Assembly (NCBI GenBank): GCA_040767965.1 | Contig: JAXGNR010000004.1 | Span: forward strand, 544,001-608,000 | From: Atribacterota bacterium | GTDB taxonomy: Bacteria; Atribacterota; Phoenicimicrobiia; Phoenicimicrobiales; Stramentimicrobiaceae | DNA length: 64,000 bases | Direction of reading: 5' to 3' | Shown: positions 62,437 through 64,000 of the stretch, one piece after another | Position numbering within the stretch: position 1 is the stretch's first letter | How the letters are laid out: each line of letters opens with the position of its first letter | The notes under the pieces: generated by a model | Seen by the model: the letters and a program-made list of their open reading frames with translations, nothing else | Told to the model about the DNA's origin: nothing | The model's database searches: none | Position numbers and translations under genes: made by a program

Positions 62437-63057
62437 ATGAAATTATCTGTTAATCCAAACAGGATGGAACTTCTAAGGCTAAAAAAGAGATTAACTTTAG
62501 CTAAAAGAGGATATAAATTATTAAAAGACAAAAGAGATGCTCTAATCCAAAAATTTATAACTTTGGTTTATGAAAATAAAAATGCCAGAGAAGAATTTGA
62601 AGAAAAAGTAAAAAAATGCATAAACAAATATCTTGTAGCTACCATGCCTATGAGTAGCAATGAAATAGAATCAATATTCTTATTTCCAAAAAGATCTATC
62701 GAAGTAAAAACAACCTATCAAAACATTATGAGTGTACATGTCCCTCGTTTTAAGATTGTTGAGAAAGGGAGTTTATATCCATATGGTATGGCAAATTCTA
62801 ACCCTGAATTAGATAGTGCGCTAAGAGAATATAAAGAAATATTACCACTTATGGTCAAGATGGCAGAGTTGGATAAAGCTGTTATTCTCCTAACCGAAGA
62901 AATTGAAAAAACCAGGAGAAGGGTTAATGCTTTAGAATATGTTATGATACCAAATCTGGAAGAAACTATAAAGTTTATCACCATGAAACTAGATGAAATG
63001 GCAAGATCTAATAATTCAGCTTTAATGAGGATAAAAGAAATGATTCGTGGGGAATAA
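62437..63057 (+). CDS. atpD: V/A-type ATPase subunit D
   Basis: NPNRMELL.LK.RL..A.RG.KLLKDKRD, EIEKTRRRVNALEY. Confidence 0.96.
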   Translation: MKLSVNPNRMELLRLKKRLTLAKRGYKLLKDKRDALIQKFITLVYENKNAREEFEEKVKKCINKYLVATMPMSSNEIESIFLFPKRSIEVKTTYQNIMSVHVPRFKIVEKGSLYPYGMANSNPELDSALREYKEILPLMVKMAELDKAVILLTEEIEKTRRRVNALEYVMIPNLEETIKFITMKLDEMARSNNSALMRIKEMIRGE

Positions 63058-63296
63058 TATTTTCTAAAATAAAAAACAGAAAATAATCAAGTCAGGTTAT
63101 TATGTTTTCTTCATCAATTTAATCATAATCTCTTTTTTAAGTTTATTATATTTATTTTTAAATCTTTTATAATTTTAATTTAAGCTTTTAAAATAAACTA
63201 CTAGTTTTACAAATTAGCGCAATTGTCTATACTTATCTTACAACAAAAAAACAACAACCCTATACCTATATATTTCTTGATATATATGGAACAAAT

Positions 63297-63325
63297 TTGT
63301 GAAAATATAGATATTAAGATATAAT
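63297..63325 (+). promoter_or_regulatory. possible promoter for tRNA-Arg
   Basis: TTGTGA-N17-TATAAT. Confidence 0.4.
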
Positions 63326-63357
63326 TAACGGACAATATATACATATATTTTTAAAAA

Positions 63358-63430
63358 GTGCCCGTGGCTTAATGGATAAAGCGACGGCCTCCGGAGCCGT
63401 AGAGTGGAGGTTCGAATCCTCTCGGGCACA
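63358..63430 (+). tRNA. tRNA-Arg (anticodon CCG); 3' CCA not encoded
   Basis: Cloverleaf: acceptor GTGCCCG/CGGGCAC, D-arm GCTT/AAGC with A20, anticodon arm ACGGC-CTCCGGA-GCCGT, T-arm GGAGG-TTCGAAT-CCTCT. Discriminator A is followed by CTT. Confidence 0.96.
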
Positions 63431-63477
63431 CTTTGCCTGAATATATTGACTAGAATTAAGAAAAACATTGGTAAAAA

Positions 63478-64000
63478 ATGTTATTATATAAAATTATCAA
63501 AACAATATTGTATGTTATAATACGAATATTTTGGCCGATTATCATAAATGGAGAAGAAAATACCAACATAGACGGTCCTTATATTTTAGCTGCTAATCAT
63601 ATAAGCTATTTAGATCCAATCATTCTGGGTATTTCTCTGAAAAAACCCATTAACTTTCTTGCCAAAAAAGAAGTTTTTGATAATCCTTTTCTTGGATTTT
63701 TGGCGAGAAATATTGGTGCTATACCTGTGGATAGAAAAAATGCTAGCTCAAATTCGCTAGCAGTTAAAAAAAGTTTAAATATATTAAATAAAGGTAAGGT
63801 TTTAGGAATATTTCCAGAAGGCACCAGGTCTTTAGACGGAAAACTGCTTAATTTTAATTCTGGTATTATAAAATTATCTTTAAAAACAGGAGCACCCGTT
63901 TTACCAGTTGGAATAATTGGTACATTTGATATTTACCCACCCAAATCGAAGATCCCCAAATTATTTTATAGAAAAAAAATAATTTTAAATATAGGAAAAC
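63478..64000 (+). CDS. plsC: 1-acyl-sn-glycerol-3-phosphate acyltransferase (PlsC family); 3'-truncated by the window edge
   Basis: Not in the ORF track because no stop occurs in the window. My translation gives MLLYKII...AANHISYLDP...FLAKKEVF...GAIPVDR...IFPEGTRS. Confidence 0.9.
   Translation, partial: MLLYKIIKTILYVIIRIFWPIIINGEENTNIDGPYILAANHISYLDPIILGISLKKPINFLAKKEVFDNPFLGFLARNIGAIPVDRKNASSNSLAVKKSLNILNKGKVLGIFPEGTRSLDGKLLNFNSGIIKLSLKTGAPVLPVGIIGTFDIYPPKSKIPKLFYRKKIILNIGK

Noticed and set aside
63358-63430. Possible CGG codon reassignment, known in some low-GC bacteria
   Set aside because: The tRNA-CCG keeps the Arg identity element A20, and CGG codons fall at conserved Arg positions (GlyQ DGRYG, CoaD RGMR, TopA DREGE).

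Overview
This is a strongly AT-rich bacterial chromosome segment made almost entirely of core housekeeping genes, all on the + strand except rpmB and tmcAL. The order resembles a condensed clostridial/Firmicutes arrangement: pgpH-ybeY-DUF3048-recO-glyQS-ppdK-hppA, a DHH/CBS tRNA nucleotidyltransferase-M50 protease-trpS-scpAB-rluB-cmk-ispH, rpmB, rsmD-coaD, tmcAL, pta, rpmF, fapR-acpP-rnc-smc-ftsY-ffh-rpsP-khpA-trmD-rplS-rnhB-yraN-comM-rpe-der-plsY-topA-xerC-hslVU, rpsB-tsf-pyrH-frr-uppS-cdsA-dxr-rseP-ispG-GT2, a complete Na+-type V/A-ATPase operon (H-I-K-E-C-F-A-B-D), tRNA-Arg(CCG) and a partial plsC. An anaerobic deep-branching lineage such as Atribacterota is a guess that I cannot verify. 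I saw no mobile element, CRISPR array, prophage or defence island, and I cannot claim a clearly new system. The best leads are subtle. First, the SMC has lost its hinge dimer-interface motifs and has an altered ABC signature, and ScpA is also altered. Second, FapR carries a PaaI-like catalytic Asp and heads a fatty-acid locus reduced to acpP alone. Other leads are a PPDK + Na+-PPase + Na+-ATPase energy set, a CIRCE-like site with compensatory changes before hslVU, and possible ATT starts. Three single-base frameshifts (ftsY, dxr, ATPase C) are most likely assembly errors.
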